Positions 17,224 through 26,436 are shown, counted from the first letter of the stretch. The stretch: DNA of 64,000 nt from an uncultured delta proteobacterium (GCA_963778575.1 CAVZUV010000008.1:86746-150745), one strand, 5' to 3'. The notes: generated from the letters alone by a model not told the origin. Program-made: numbers and translations.

Positions 17224-17673
17224 ATGTATAATAAAATACTGGTCCCCCTGGATGGCTCGAAACGAGCGGAAGCCATTTTACCCCATGCCGAGGAAATGGC
17301 GAATCGATACGGGGCCGAGATAATTTTTCTTCGCGTTGAAGAATTGTTTGTCATGCTGGAGTGGGATGAGGTCGTAAATCTGGAGAATTGTCGCGAAAAG
17401 TTCGATGCGCGAAAGAAAACGTCGGAAGCGTATCTGTCCCTGCTTAAAACCGAATTCCGGGATAAAGGCATTCGGGCAGACGCACGCGTCGTTCATGGAC
17501 CGGTGGTGAAGTCGATATTAACCGCTGCCGAAGATATGGACGTGGATATCCTGCTAATGGCCAGTCACGGTCTTGGCGGATTGCGCCGAACTTTTTATGG
17601 CAGCGTCACTGCCGGCGTCCTGCAAAAGATAGACCGTCCCTTGCTGATCATCAGAACCCGCAGAATGGAGTAG
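17224..17673 (+). CDS. universal stress protein (UspA family)
   Basis: ATG 17224 after an AAAGGAG RBS. MYNKILVPLDGSKRAEAIL ... MASHGLGGLRRTFYGSVTAGVLQKIDRPLLII. Confidence 0.85.
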   Translation: MYNKILVPLDGSKRAEAILPHAEEMANRYGAEIIFLRVEELFVMLEWDEVVNLENCREKFDARKKTSEAYLSLLKTEFRDKGIRADARVVHGPVVKSILTAAEDMDVDILLMASHGLGGLRRTFYGSVTAGVLQKIDRPLLIIRTRRME

Positions 17674-17741
17674 GACAAGCGGAGTGTACATATTCAGGGA
17701 GGCGTACCCCCTGAATATGTGCCGCGGAGCGATCAAGACAG

Positions 17742-19136
17742 ATGAGAGTATTTGGTTGCATGGCGGTCGGGACGATTTTTCTTTTCTTTTCCTTCCCTCT
17801 TGCCGATGCACTTGCCGGTGAATCCGGAAGTGTCGGACTCCTAGACTCCGGAACTGATTTTCTGTGGATCGCCATTATTATCCTGGGGGCCAAATTATCC
17901 AATCTGGTAGAACGATTCGGACAGCCTGGGGTCTTAGGCGAACTGCTGTTCGGAGTGGTATTGGGTAACATGGCGTTGACCGGTTTCAATTTCTTTGAGC
18001 CGATACGGAAAGATATCGTTATCCGTTTTTTGGCTGACATCGGTGTTGTCATTTTACTCTTCCAGGTCGGCCTTGAATCGAATATCCGGAAAATGCTGCA
18101 AGTGGGTCCCCGGGCCTTTCTCGTTGCCGTTGTCGGCGTTACTGTACCGTTTTTTCTGGGTACCGTTGTGGCCGGACCCATTCTTCTGCCTGAGCTATCT
18201 TTCAATGCACATCTTTTTATGGGAGCAATTCTGACGGCCACTTCGGTGGGCATCACGGCACGGATCTTCCATGATCTGGGTCAACTGAAAACCCCTGAGG
18301 CTCAAATCATTTTAGGAGCAGCGGTCATCGACGACGTCATGGGTTTGGCGATTCTGGCTGTTGTTAAAGCCATGGCGGAATCCGGGAAGGTCAGTTTCAT
18401 GGACATTGGCTGGATTGCTGCGAAGGCGGTTCTTTTTTTAGGTGGCGCTATTTTTTTAGGACAGCTTCTGGCGCCGAGGCTGGGGCGGTTCTTTTCAAAA
18501 ATAAACCCGGGAATCGGTATGAAACTTATTTTGGCAGTGGGTTTTGGGTTGATTTTTGCGTACGTTGCGGAATTGATCGGTCTGGCTGCCATTGTCGGCG
18601 CCTTTGCCGCCGGACTGGTTTTGGAACCGGTCCATTTTCGGCATTTTGATGTCCCCGGTGTTGTCTCCGACATCAATGAAAGCATCCGGCAGGCAAGCCC
18701 GGAAGTGAGAAAAAAAGTTTCGGGTGTGTTGGAAGCCCTTGCACGTAACCATATCAAAGAGCTCATCCAACCCTTGGGGTACTTCCTGGTCCCTATCTTT
18801 TTCGTTTTGACCGGCATGCAAGTGAGGATTGAAACGCTGTTTAATGTGCGTATCCTGATATTGGCCACGGCCATTTCCGTTGCAGCATTCGGCGGAAAGA
18901 TCGTTGCCGGGTTCGTTGCCGGAAGCGTTCGTAAATCGATTGTCGGCTGGGGCATGGTACCCAGAGGCGAAGTCGGATTGATTTTTGCTGCAACAGGAAA
19001 AGCCCTGGGTGTGTTGCCCGATGATATTTTTTCTATGATGGTGATTGTCATTATGATCACGACCATTTTGCCCCCACTCATCCTGAACGCCATGATAATG
19101 CGGCAGGATCCAGCCTTATATCCGGCAGATTCATAA
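17742..19136 (+). CDS. cation:proton antiporter (CPA2, Kef/NapA-like)
   Basis: 464 aa with about 12 TM segments. QPGVLGELLFGVVLG, LLFQVGLE and the other features are typical of the Na_H_Exchanger family. Confidence 0.8.
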   Translation: MRVFGCMAVGTIFLFFSFPLADALAGESGSVGLLDSGTDFLWIAIIILGAKLSNLVERFGQPGVLGELLFGVVLGNMALTGFNFFEPIRKDIVIRFLADIGVVILLFQVGLESNIRKMLQVGPRAFLVAVVGVTVPFFLGTVVAGPILLPELSFNAHLFMGAILTATSVGITARIFHDLGQLKTPEAQIILGAAVIDDVMGLAILAVVKAMAESGKVSFMDIGWIAAKAVLFLGGAIFLGQLLAPRLGRFFSKINPGIGMKLILAVGFGLIFAYVAELIGLAAIVGAFAAGLVLEPVHFRHFDVPGVVSDINESIRQASPEVRKKVSGVLEALARNHIKELIQPLGYFLVPIFFVLTGMQVRIETLFNVRILILATAISVAAFGGKIVAGFVAGSVRKSIVGWGMVPRGEVGLIFAATGKALGVLPDDIFSMMVIVIMITTILPPLILNAMIMRQDPALYPADS

Positions 19137-19270
19137 ATCAAAGAATATGATTTTCAGGTAAGCGCTCCCGATAATACTAAGAATAGTCATAATTTGGAAA
19201 ATAAGTTTTCGTGGTAAGTTTCTTCTCAATCTCAACAGGTTGACGTATTAAACCAAATGTGTTTAATTAA

Positions 19271-19285
19271 TGGCATATCTTTTGC
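19271..19285 (+). promoter_or_regulatory. sigma-54 (-24/-12) promoter
   Basis: TGGCAT-ATCTT-TTGC is identical to the 15-mer at 1332. It lies 117 nt upstream of the ATG at 19402. No convincing 26-nt element is present upstream. Confidence 0.65.
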
Positions 19286-19401
19286 ATAATTTGCATGATA
19301 AAATTCATCAACAGCATAAAACGGAATTTAATGAAATCGTTACCAATCTTCAATTTTGAATAAACATCATCGATAAAACGTGTTCTTATCACGGCCAATT
19401 T

Positions 19402-22400
19402 ATGAACGATAAAGTCTCCGGGATACTTTTTGACAAACACGACCATGAGTTGATCCGAATCGTCAACGATGTCCTTGAAGGGAAAAGCAGCTACAAGTAC
19501 GCCCGCCGAGTTTACTATCCGTACTTCCATTCCCACGGCATCAAAGAAATGACTGAAACCAGGGGATTGCGGATCGCCTATGCGGTGGTCCACCTGTTAA
19601 GTTCTCTGGAAGTCGGCGGGGTTGAGGAACGTATCAATGCGTTGCGCCTCTTGCGCAATGAAGTGATCGATACCGCCGAAGGCCCGATGCCGAAAAATAC
19701 CGCCAGGGTGTTACTGCAAATCATGAAGGATTTGGTGCGGGTTCGCGGCGATTATCGCAAGCAACTTCAACTGGCCCATGACTTCCGGATGGCGACATCC
19801 GGGAAACCGCGCATCATCCGGCGGCAACTCAAACGCTACCATCTCTTGGAGATGCCCGAAGATTGGAATCAAATTGCATTCGACGATCATGTTCACGATG
19901 TCAACACCAAAGGGCGCAAGTCTTCCACCCATCTTGTTATGGATGCATGGATAAAAGGTATCCAACGCCTGCGGGTGATCCACTACAACTTTATCGAGCC
20001 GCGTTTTGCGGCCGAACTTCTTGAAGCCGCCAAAATTCTGAAAATCGACATTCGAATCGGCATTGAGTTTTATACGCGATTCCATGACAAATACGTGCAA
20101 TTGATATGGGTCCCTCGCGGGTTTAACGATGCACAGGCATTCCTATGCTTTCTTGCCGAACCGGCAGTCATGAAGATCATGGAGGCCGGCCGAAGGGTTT
20201 CGATCTATCAACAAGAATATGTTCCGGCGCTTCTTAAGAAATTTAATGAAAGCCACCGTCCGGAGATCAACCGAATTTACGGAATCGAGTTGCCCTCCAT
20301 TGATGAAAAAGAATTTCTGGCGTACGTGGGGATCGGGCAGAAATCAAGATTGCATCTCGCGAAATTCATCCATGACCGGATGTTGAAAGTGTTGCAGGGG
20401 AAAACCGATCGGTTAAAGGAAGAGTTTCTCTTGGCAAGCCCCGAACGGCGAGATACCATCACCCAATGGATCGAATCCATGAACACACAGGATTTCGAAT
20501 CCGTCATCGACGGGTATCTGGCGCCTGAAAAAAACCGCGGGATCAGATATCCGGATATGGTGGACGATGGCCCGGATGTCCCGGAACTGTTGCAACTCGG
20601 TTCATTTGAAATTTTGAGACGACTCGCTCAACTCCATTCGGGATACCGGGTGACGCTGAATCTAACCAATTTGAACGCCGGGGATGTCCTGGAGCTGTTA
20701 TACGATTGCCAAGGGATGATTACCCGGCTCGAGATATTCAATCTTAAAGATCATGCCGCGGGCAAGACCGCCCATATTGCTGAAATCAGCCGTTTGCAGG
20801 AAGCGATTAACGAAGGAAGTCCGATTCATCTAAAGCAAATCATTCGTGAGATTATTGAAGATCTCAGGCAACCGGGAACTTCGGCCAATGCTCAACAAAT
20901 AGACAAATTGATTACGATTCTCTACGATATCGATATATTGAAGTCTTACTACGCCGGAAAGCCCCTTAAATCTAGGATCGGAAGTGATTCCACGGGCCGT
21001 TCTCCCAAGGTTCATGGAATGGGGCTGGCGATCAAGGAAACGCTTCCGAGACGGGCGCAACGGCAAATCGTACTGGATTGCCGGACGGGTGTTCGTGAGA
21101 CCATTCCCATTAAAATCAATGCATACAAATACACGATTGACATTCCACATGAATCCGCCAGGCCATTTGACAAGTTAATATCCGGATTGGCAACGATTCT
21201 CCCGGGTTTCAGCCGATTAAACGTCATACGCCGACAAGGCTGGCAGGTTCAGGCGACTTCTACCCGTATGGTTCGCTCGGGCAACATTGTGACTCTCGGT
21301 GGCGCTCAGAAAAATATTGTTAACGAACTTTATCTCAAGGCGCCGGAGTTGCCGAAAAGAAGGCGAGGGTTGCAGTGGTCCTATTTGAACTCAAAGCTGA
21401 AAAACGCTCTCAAGGTAATGATCGGATTTATTCCGGCTTTTCTAACCTTTGCCCTGACCAAGGATTGGTGGGTGTTGGCTTATTTGGGAGCCTTTATCTG
21501 GTTCGGAATTACCGGTCTGCGCAATATTCTTCAATCTGTTCTGGGCGGCGGCGGTTTTCGCCGCTCGCCGCTGTTGAATTGGAATGATTACGTCAGTTGG
21601 ACGCGTATTACGGATTCTCTGCTTTTCACCGGATTTTCCGTACCGCTTTTGGATTATGTGGTCAAAACCGTGATATTGGATCGGGGGTTTGGTATCACGA
21701 CCCAGACCAGCCCGGTTCTTTTGTATACATTTATGGCGTTGGCCAACGGTATTTATTTGTCCGGTCATAATATTTTCCGTGGTCTGCCCAAAGGCGCGGT
21801 TTATGGGAACTTCTTCCGCAGCATCCTGTCCATTCCCGTGGCCGTAATATTAAATGCCGGTATCGGCGGCATCCTCACCATGTCGCAAACAGCGGGTGTC
21901 AATGATATATTGCAAAAGTGGGCGGCGATTATATCAAAGGCCGCATCGGATTTTGTTGCCGGTTTCATTGAAGGGACCGCCGACCGGTACAAGAATATCC
22001 GGACGCGTTTGCGTGAGTACAAAAACAAGTTCAGAGAGCTTTTGGACATTTATGCACAATTGGAACTGCTCTATCCGGACGTAGAGTCTTTCAAAATCCT
22101 TGATTGTGCATCTGACATGAATCGGAAAACCAATGCAGAAGCCCGGGATCTCGAAAAAATTATCATGATCCACGCCCTGGACATGCTGTATTTTTGGATG
22201 TACCAGCCGCGTTCCCACGTGGCTTTTCCGCAATTCTTGCGCACGCTTTCAGTCGATGAACGCTATATTCTGGTCAGCTCGCAGTTCACACTTCAGCGTC
22301 ACCGTGAGATCAGTCAAATGTTTATTGACGGCATCTTGGGATTCAATTTTCCTCGGCCGCTTTCGTTTTATCTTTCACGCTACGAGGAATACCTTGAACA

Positions 22401-22470
22401 AATCAAACAATTGGTGCTCAGTGAAGAATTCGGAGAGGTGTATGCTGAAAACGCTGTGCCCCCTAATTGA
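19402..22470 (+). CDS. large (1022 aa) hypothetical protein: ~650-aa soluble N-terminal region plus C-terminal polytopic membrane domain
   Basis: Long uninterrupted ORF. TM segments run from about residue 665 (VMIGFIPAFLTFAL, WWVLAYLGAFIWFGITGL, LLYTFMALANGIYL, ILSIPVAVILNAGIGGIL). No family recognised by eye. Confidence 0.75.
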   Translation: MNDKVSGILFDKHDHELIRIVNDVLEGKSSYKYARRVYYPYFHSHGIKEMTETRGLRIAYAVVHLLSSLEVGGVEERINALRLLRNEVIDTAEGPMPKNTARVLLQIMKDLVRVRGDYRKQLQLAHDFRMATSGKPRIIRRQLKRYHLLEMPEDWNQIAFDDHVHDVNTKGRKSSTHLVMDAWIKGIQRLRVIHYNFIEPRFAAELLEAAKILKIDIRIGIEFYTRFHDKYVQLIWVPRGFNDAQAFLCFLAEPAVMKIMEAGRRVSIYQQEYVPALLKKFNESHRPEINRIYGIELPSIDEKEFLAYVGIGQKSRLHLAKFIHDRMLKVLQGKTDRLKEEFLLASPERRDTITQWIESMNTQDFESVIDGYLAPEKNRGIRYPDMVDDGPDVPELLQLGSFEILRRLAQLHSGYRVTLNLTNLNAGDVLELLYDCQGMITRLEIFNLKDHAAGKTAHIAEISRLQEAINEGSPIHLKQIIREIIEDLRQPGTSANAQQIDKLITILYDIDILKSYYAGKPLKSRIGSDSTGRSPKVHGMGLAIKETLPRRAQRQIVLDCRTGVRETIPIKINAYKYTIDIPHESARPFDKLISGLATILPGFSRLNVIRRQGWQVQATSTRMVRSGNIVTLGGAQKNIVNELYLKAPELPKRRRGLQWSYLNSKLKNALKVMIGFIPAFLTFALTKDWWVLAYLGAFIWFGITGLRNILQSVLGGGGFRRSPLLNWNDYVSWTRITDSLLFTGFSVPLLDYVVKTVILDRGFGITTQTSPVLLYTFMALANGIYLSGHNIFRGLPKGAVYGNFFRSILSIPVAVILNAGIGGILTMSQTAGVNDILQKWAAIISKAASDFVAGFIEGTADRYKNIRTRLREYKNKFRELLDIYAQLELLYPDVESFKILDCASDMNRKTNAEARDLEKIIMIHALDMLYFWMYQPRSHVAFPQFLRTLSVDERYILVSSQFTLQRHREISQMFIDGILGFNFPRPLSFYLSRYEEYLEQIKQLVLSEEFGEVYAENAVPPN

Positions 22471-22480
22471 CCATAAAAAA

Positions 22481-22511
22481 AGCACGAAATTTTATCTTTT
22501 TCGTGCTTTTT
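22481..22511. terminator. bidirectional rho-independent terminator between convergent genes
   Basis: AAAAAAA-AGCACGAAA-loop-TTTCGTGCT-TTTT. Confidence 0.7.
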
Positions 22512-22530
22512 CATTTGTGTGTGTTCGCGA

Positions 22531-23313
22531 CTAAGACGCTGTTGCTGTTTCAGCTATTCCGGAATATGAAAGTTCCTCGGCAAACTTTTTCTTAAAGGCC
22601 AGTTCAACAATCTCCGCCGCATCTCGTGTATTTTTGATATAGTCACAATTGATCACCAAATCAAACTCATATGGAACGGCCATTTTTTTGTCGAAAATCT
22701 TTTTAAAAAATTCACTTTGTTCCTTATCCAATTGCGGTAACTTTGAGGCGGCCTCTTTCTTTTCAACGTTGAGAATTCTGGACAATCGCTTAATCCGGTG
22801 CTCGTCCGAACAGATGCATCTGACCGCCAGCACCCGGTCCCGGGGAAGGATTAAATGGGTTCCCCTGCCGACAAAAATGGTGGGTTCCAAGCCGGCGATG
22901 GAAAGCACAACATTCGCAAGATGACGGCTATAGTCGCTTTTAATAAAGGATTTTTCACCGAAGAGAAGCTTGACGAATTCGTTTAAAACGCCGGGATACC
23001 GTTCATCGAAATAGGAGACTGTTTTTTCGCTGAGTTTCGCCTCCTGGGCGATATGCATCAGCAGTCCCCTGTCAACCACATTGTAGTTGATCTTTTTTGC
23101 CAGAATATCTGCAATCTCGAGAGCGCCGACGCCGATTTTTCGAGAAAAACAGATCGTAGGAAAAATCGCGGGTCTCTTTTCCTTTTTTTTCTTTTCAATC
23201 CATTTTTGATCCAGATCACGAAAATACTTATCAGCCAGTTGGGAACCGGTGGGTCTTTTTTTTTCGTACATCCCCGGAATGTATTTTACACCTCCGATTT
23301 GTATAGCCATCAT
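22531..23313 (-). CDS. cytidylate kinase-like family protein
   Basis: 260 aa with TICFSRKIGVGALEIADILAKKINYNVVDRGLL. Resembles 54910..55761 in its N-terminal half. Confidence 0.6.
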   Translation of the reverse strand: MMAIQIGGVKYIPGMYEKKRPTGSQLADKYFRDLDQKWIEKKKKEKRPAIFPTICFSRKIGVGALEIADILAKKINYNVVDRGLLMHIAQEAKLSEKTVSYFDERYPGVLNEFVKLLFGEKSFIKSDYSRHLANVVLSIAGLEPTIFVGRGTHLILPRDRVLAVRCICSDEHRIKRLSRILNVEKKEAASKLPQLDKEQSEFFKKIFDKKMAVPYEFDLVINCDYIKNTRDAAEIVELAFKKKFAEELSYSGIAETATAS

Positions 23314-23408
23314 ATACCTCCTTTTAGACTCATAATTCTATCTGAAGCGATCAATTTGCAAAGGCGAAGCACTCACCAAGTCCTCGGAACTATTTTATGA
23401 CTGTTTTT

Positions 23409-23423
23409 GCAACTATTATGCCA
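23409..23423 (-). promoter_or_regulatory. sigma-54 (-24/-12) promoter, minus strand
   Basis: The reverse complement reads TGGCAT-AATAG-TTGC. It lies about 96 nt upstream of the minus-strand ATG at 23313. Confidence 0.7.
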
Positions 23424-23519
23424 CGGGGAGATAAAAGAAAGGTATCTCTTATATAATTGAATTGTCAGTAAATATAATCTATACTTCCGAAAAATTGGAT
23501 TTGCTTCGGTCAGCAAATC

Positions 23520-23545
23520 TGTCCGTTTTTTTTACAAACTGTAAA
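23520..23545 (-). promoter_or_regulatory. 26-nt upstream element, minus-strand orientation
   Basis: The minus strand reads TTTACAGTTTGTAAAAAAAACGGACA, starting 122 nt upstream of the minus-strand TGGCAT at 23423. Confidence 0.7.
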
Positions 23546-23579
23546 AAGAAAAAAGCATTACCGTTCTAAAAAGATTCTC

Positions 23580-23605
23580 TTTACAGGTTGTAAAAATATC
23601 CGACA
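23580..23605 (+). promoter_or_regulatory. 26-nt upstream element, copy 4
   Basis: TTTACAGGTTGTAAAAATATCCGACA, 122 nt upstream of the TGGAAT at 23702. Confidence 0.7.
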
Positions 23606-23661
23606 GGTTATTTATCAATTCTCCTACCACATCTTCTTAAAATATATTTATAAAACAATTA

Positions 23662-23674
23662 TAACAATATGTTA
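23662..23674 (+). promoter_or_regulatory. IHF-like site at about -40
   Basis: TAACAATATGTTA, one mismatch to WATCAANNNNTTR. Confidence 0.35.
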
Positions 23675-23701
23675 ATGTAGTTCCCCCGGCATTTTTATTT
23701 C

Positions 23702-23716
23702 TGGAATAGTTATTGC
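23702..23716 (+). promoter_or_regulatory. sigma-54-type promoter with non-canonical -24 box
   Basis: TGGAAT-AGTTA-TTGC. It is accepted mainly because the 26-nt element and the IHF-like site sit at the canonical offsets. Confidence 0.55.
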
Positions 23717-23837
23717 TTCTTGTTTTGTTATGGACATCAAGGGGCTTATGCCATTTCTAGTTCGTTCGTTTCTCTCTATTGGAATGTTGGAATAATGTAC
23801 AGCATCTATCCCATGCAGCAGGAAAGGAAGGTTCATA

Positions 23838-24773
23838 ATGAAGAATCAATCTCAACAAAAAGTACTGTTGACTTTTGACGGATCCGAACATGCTTTTCAT
23901 GCGATAAATTATGTGAGCAAACTCACCCCTTTTCATAAAATGAAGATTGTGCTTTTTAATGTTTTCAGCAGCATACCCGAGGCGTATGCGGATCTTGAAA
24001 AAGATCCCCAATTCAGTCGATCCGCCCGGGAGGTCATGGCGTGGGAAATGCAGCAGAAAAAAGAGATTCAAAACGCCATGGAGAATGCAAAGCAAAAGCT
24101 TCTCCATTCAGGCTTTTCTTCAGACGCCGTCTCCATACGAATTCATAACAAGAAAGAAGGTATTGCCAGAGACATCGTCAAGGAAGCCCGGAACGGGTAC
24201 GATGCAGTGATTATCGGGCGAAGGGGCACGGGTACCTATAAAGAGGTCATTGTTGGAAGCGTTGCGAAAAAAATCGTTGAAAAAGTGATTTTCCTGCCGG
24301 TTTTAATGATCGGTGAAATACCCCCTGACAACAAATTTCTATTAGCCGTTGACAACTCAGAAAATGCCATTCGGGCTGTAGATTACATTGCTCGTGTACT
24401 GGGTGGTTTCGATTTCAAAATAACCTTGTTTCATGCCATTCGAGGTGCCCAATCGACTCATTCAGGTATTGCGCATCTATTTTTTCCCAAAGAAAGCTTA
24501 GAGGATGCAGAAGCCGGTGTAATGACTGCTTTCGACAACGCAAAACGACATTTGGAAGATGCCGGTATTACGTCCGGTCAAATATCTACCAAATTGGTTT
24601 CCGGCGTCCCCAGCCGCGCAGAAGCGATTATTAGAGAAGCGAGAGAGGGAGATTACGGCACCATCGTTTTAGGCCGAAGAGGCCTGTCCAAGGTTCAGGC
24701 ATTTTTGCTGGGCAGGGTGAGTAACAAAGTCATTAGCATTATCCGAAGAAGAGCGGTATGGATCGTGACCTAA
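23838..24773 (+). CDS. tandem-domain universal stress protein
   Basis: 311 aa with two Usp repeats (IIGRRGTGTYKEVIVGSVAKKIVEKVIFLPVLMI and VLGRRGLSKVQAFLLGRVSNKVISIIRRRAVWIV). Confidence 0.85.
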   Translation: MKNQSQQKVLLTFDGSEHAFHAINYVSKLTPFHKMKIVLFNVFSSIPEAYADLEKDPQFSRSAREVMAWEMQQKKEIQNAMENAKQKLLHSGFSSDAVSIRIHNKKEGIARDIVKEARNGYDAVIIGRRGTGTYKEVIVGSVAKKIVEKVIFLPVLMIGEIPPDNKFLLAVDNSENAIRAVDYIARVLGGFDFKITLFHAIRGAQSTHSGIAHLFFPKESLEDAEAGVMTAFDNAKRHLEDAGITSGQISTKLVSGVPSRAEAIIREAREGDYGTIVLGRRGLSKVQAFLLGRVSNKVISIIRRRAVWIVT

Positions 24774-24818
24774 TGGTTGCAAAATCGGTTAAACTACTTA
24801 AAAAAAAGGAGGTTCATT

Positions 24819-25301
24819 ATGAAGGCGATTATGGATTTCAAAAAGTTCGATTTCTTTCATGCGTTTTCGGAAGATCAGTTGGGAGAACTCATGAAAGTCA
24901 CGGAGAAAAAAACCTTCAAAAAAGGGACTCAAATCTACAAGGAGGGTGATCGGGCCAATCAAATTTTTATCGTTTCCAAAGGATGGGTGAAACTGCGAAA
25001 GATTGATCCGGGAAAAGATATTGACATTTCTTTTGAAAACAGGAGCAAAGGGGAGCTGTTCGGTGCGGCATGTTTTATGAAACCCCAGGAATATACATTG
25101 AATGCCATATGTATGGAAGACACTGAGGTTATGGCCATGAACGCGGATGACTTATTTGATCTCTTCCATAAAGATTATCAAATCGGATACCTTTTTCTAA
25201 AAGAAATCGCAAAGGTCTATTTCGAACGCTATAAAAACGTCAAAAAACAGCTTTATGGCATGTTCAAAGACCCTGCGACCATCACAGCACTGCCGGGATA
25301 A
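24819..25301 (+). CDS. cyclic-nucleotide-binding domain protein without a DNA-binding domain
   Basis: ATG 24819 after an AGGAGG RBS. FDFFHAFSEDQLGELMK..FKKGTQIYKEGDRANQIFIVSKGWVKL..GELFG. About 160 aa, too short to carry an HTH. Confidence 0.7.
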   Translation: MKAIMDFKKFDFFHAFSEDQLGELMKVTEKKTFKKGTQIYKEGDRANQIFIVSKGWVKLRKIDPGKDIDISFENRSKGELFGAACFMKPQEYTLNAICMEDTEVMAMNADDLFDLFHKDYQIGYLFLKEIAKVYFERYKNVKKQLYGMFKDPATITALPG

Positions 25302-25353
25302 AGACTCATAACCGCAAAAAGGTGGATTAAAAAACAATAAAAGGAGATTCGTT

Positions 25354-25566
25354 ATGGCAGAGAGCGTTTATAAAATCATTGAGTTGGTGGGGACCAGCCG
25401 TTCTTCATGGGAAGATGCCGCTAAAAATGCAGTGGAAACAGCTTCCGGCACGCTTAAAGAGCTTAGAATCGCGGAAATTACCAAGCTGGACTTGAAGATC
25501 GAAAATGGGAAAGTGGCGGCTTATCGCGCCCGGGTAAAGCTTTCCTTTAAATATGAAAAAGAATGA
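25354..25566 (+). CDS. dodecin-family flavin-binding protein
   Basis: 70 aa with VYKIIELVGTSRSSWEDAAKNAVETASGTLKELRIAEITKLDLKIENGKVAAYRARVKLSF, the typical dodecin sequence. Confidence 0.8.
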   Translation: MAESVYKIIELVGTSRSSWEDAAKNAVETASGTLKELRIAEITKLDLKIENGKVAAYRARVKLSFKYEKE

Positions 25567-25591
25567 GCCATGAAATGAAGATGGGTAACCT

Positions 25592-25636
25592 AAAAGAGGT
25601 GGCAGCCGATAAATCGTATGGCTTCCACCTCTTTTC
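25592..25636 (+). terminator. rho-independent terminator
   Basis: AAAGAGGTGGCAGCC-loop-GGCTTCCACCTCTTT followed by a T-rich tail. One mismatch in the stem. Confidence 0.65.
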
Positions 25637-25953
25637 GTATGGGAACCCATCTTGTCCGTTCAGAAAGGCGCCGTAAATTTCAAATGGTTGGAGATACTAC
25701 AAGGTTTCAATGGCTTCATAAGAACTGAGTATTCGATCTCGAAGCAACAAAACGAGCTGTTCCAATATGTTGATCCGGATTACTGAATCCTGGACCATTG
25801 TGTTTCTAAGATCCGAACAGCGTATTGAAACAATCCTCATTATAAAAATTAATGAGAATATTTAGTTTGCTTAAACAATACCATAGAGAGCAGCAAAAAT
25901 CGTACCATCTCCCGATAAGCCATAATATTTTTTAACCATCTGAAATTTAATCT

Positions 25954-25968
25954 TGGCATGAAAATTGT
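25954..25968 (+). promoter_or_regulatory. possible sigma-54 promoter (weak -12)
   Basis: TGGCAT-GAAAA-TTGT, with -12 GT instead of GC. It lies 88 nt upstream of the ATG at 26056. Confidence 0.4.
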
Positions 25969-26055
25969 AATTACCATTACAATTGATCATCGATTCGACA
26001 GCTTGAAATCAAATTAAGGAAATAGAGCCTGTCAAAACACAATAAGGAGATCTTT

Positions 26056-26436
26056 ATGCACCAGGTTCATATAAATCCCATAAAAAATAGAATGTATATC
26101 ATTTTAAAAGACGGGAATGTGAATGATATAACAGAATACGTGAACGCCATCGAAAATGCCTGTGGGGATCTGGCTGATAACTTTTCATGTGTTGCGGTTT
26201 TAGATAAAAAGGGATGCGTTCGTCAAAACGACCTTGATCTTTTGTTTAATACCGTGGATTTAATTTATGCGTATGGTGCGGGCCGAATCGTTCTTGTTGG
26301 AAAGAACAATGTCAACTCCGATTTCTTCCAAAAAAATCTTTTCAGTTTAAAAGCCTGTTTCACGGTAGAAAATGCCGGCGATATACAGGAAGCAGATGAC
26401 AGGCTCGATCAAAAACACCATGCTGTTGCTCATTAA
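26056..26436 (+). CDS. hypothetical protein (126 aa)
   Basis: AAGGAG RBS. No recognisable motif. Confidence 0.55.
   Translation: MHQVHINPIKNRMYIILKDGNVNDITEYVNAIENACGDLADNFSCVAVLDKKGCVRQNDLDLLFNTVDLIYAYGAGRIVLVGKNNVNSDFFQKNLFSLKACFTVENAGDIQEADDRLDQKHHAVAH

Noticed and set aside
18302-19141. 279-aa ORF antisense to the CPA2 antiporter
   Set aside because: It is a shadow ORF opposite a well-supported membrane-protein gene. Its composition is low-complexity (Ala/Pro/Thr/Ile-rich) and it has no RBS.
19151-19176. TTTTCAGGTAAGCG.. at about -120 from the 19271 promoter as a degenerate element
   Set aside because: Only the first half-site is similar. The GTAAAAA and NGACA blocks are missing or out of register.
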